Shown here piece after piece: positions 63,023 through 64,000 of a stretch of DNA of 64,000 nucleotides; position 1 is the first letter of the stretch, and each line of letters begins with the position of its first letter. The stretch spans positions 94,800,001-94,864,000 of the forward strand of contig NC_086097.1 of the NCBI RefSeq assembly GCF_963921235.1. Direction: 5' to 3'. Position numbers and translations under genes: made by a program. Source of the DNA: Mobula hypostoma (lineage: Eukaryota). The notes under the pieces are model-generated. The model saw only the letters and a list, made by a program, of their open reading frames with translations. It had not been told where the DNA came from and made no database searches.

Positions 63023-64000
63023 GAGCAAACTTTACAGCACAGCCAGGTTAGTTTCAGAGTAAAGTTCCCTCTCCGTCGTCCCTCACAGATGTTCCCAGAC
63101 CAAGTCCCCATGCTTCTAGAGCTTACTGGGATGATAAGAGTATGTTCCGCACCCACTGTAAGTAACAAGAGACCACCCATCTTCTGCAGGACGGAACATC
63201 AAGAACCAATGTACAGAGAAGTTGCTTGATTTGGCACACCTACATCCTTCAGGCCATGTTTCAGCACAAACCCAGAGGAGTAATGTTATTATAATCTACT
63301 CTCTTCGCCTAGTGAAACACAATGAGAGTTAATTATACACATTTATTCTTGGATTCCAGTGCCCTGACCCAGTGGTGAAACTACAAACTAGTTAGTGAGT
63401 GCTGACTTGCCAGTTGGAACCCAGCAGGTCAAGTGACAGCCATAATGCAGAGTCCAACAAAAGAAACCATCAAACTTCAGTCATCCTTTCCACTCTCTAG
63501 ATTTAAGAATGACTGTCTTCTCTCTAGTAAATGACATTTTTTTTAAAAACTGCTGATGCCATAACTGTGAAATAAGAACAGAAAGCACTGGATACTCTCA
63601 GCAGATCAGGCAGCATCTTTGAAAAAGGACACAAAGTTAATACTTCAGATTCAGGGGGAATTTTTTAACAAGTGAAAATGAATTTTGACCTGAAATTGTG
63701 CTTTAGAAAATAGGAGGAAGGTTTAGGGCACATTTAGAACTTCAGTCAGAAATACTACCTGTTCCCCTCTCCGCAGATGCTGCTGACCTGCAGATTGTTC
63801 CCACATCCTCCCTTCGTTTGCAATGGGGGTGGGAGAAACTCTAGGTACTCTTATCAACTCTAAACATTAATTTTGATTTTATTTAATTTCTCACTCGATG
63901 ACAATAGTGTGACTGTATAATTGCCTCAGTTGAACCCAATATGGACAAGCTGCTGATAAATTTAGTGAACCGCCAAACAAGTGAGCTCTTACCACGGCAA

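Larger units (their letters stand above)
796..63308 (-). pseudogene. Candidate decayed multi-exon gene or spliced lncRNA (identity unknown; may be more than one locus)
   Basis: Unique islands bounded by pyrimidine-rich AG acceptors and GT donors on the minus strand, e.g. 796-1070, 5611-5818, 8337-8622, 8737-8941, 31358-31426, 37776-37882, 39591-39670, 40378-40472, 41144-41213, 41644-41760, 44410-44488, 44870-44925, 62360-62441, 63244-63308. Several have stops in all frames. Confidence 0.4.

Overview
This is repeat-rich vertebrate genomic DNA, not prokaryotic. The mix of CR1 LINEs with short tandem tails, Rex/Babar LINEs, Neptune-like Penelope elements and tRNA-derived SINEs suggests a cartilaginous fish such as a ray (inference). 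I found no intact host protein-coding gene. The long ORFs are fragments of reverse transcriptase, GIY-YIG endonuclease or transposase, or artefacts of tandem repeats. Supported features are many CR1 and Rex/Babar fragments, Penelope-like elements (PLEs) whose terminal repeats carry a minimal hammerhead-ribozyme motif, a degenerate IR/DR-type Tc1, a mariner deletion derivative, an L1-clade 3' end, RTE-derived SINEs, a Gypsy gag relic and several minisatellites. The unique DNA between repeats holds about 20 exon-like islands, all on the minus strand, with splice signals but frequent stops. They may be a decayed multi-exon gene or a spliced lncRNA; I cannot identify it. The most notable local structures are a TSD-flanked 200-bp PLE fold-back centred in the ribozyme stem, a minisatellite apparently seeded by LINE RT coding sequence, and a minisatellite with a forkhead motif in most units. 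I see no convincing evidence of a wholly new biological system. Element boundaries are by eye and approximate unless a TSD is quoted.
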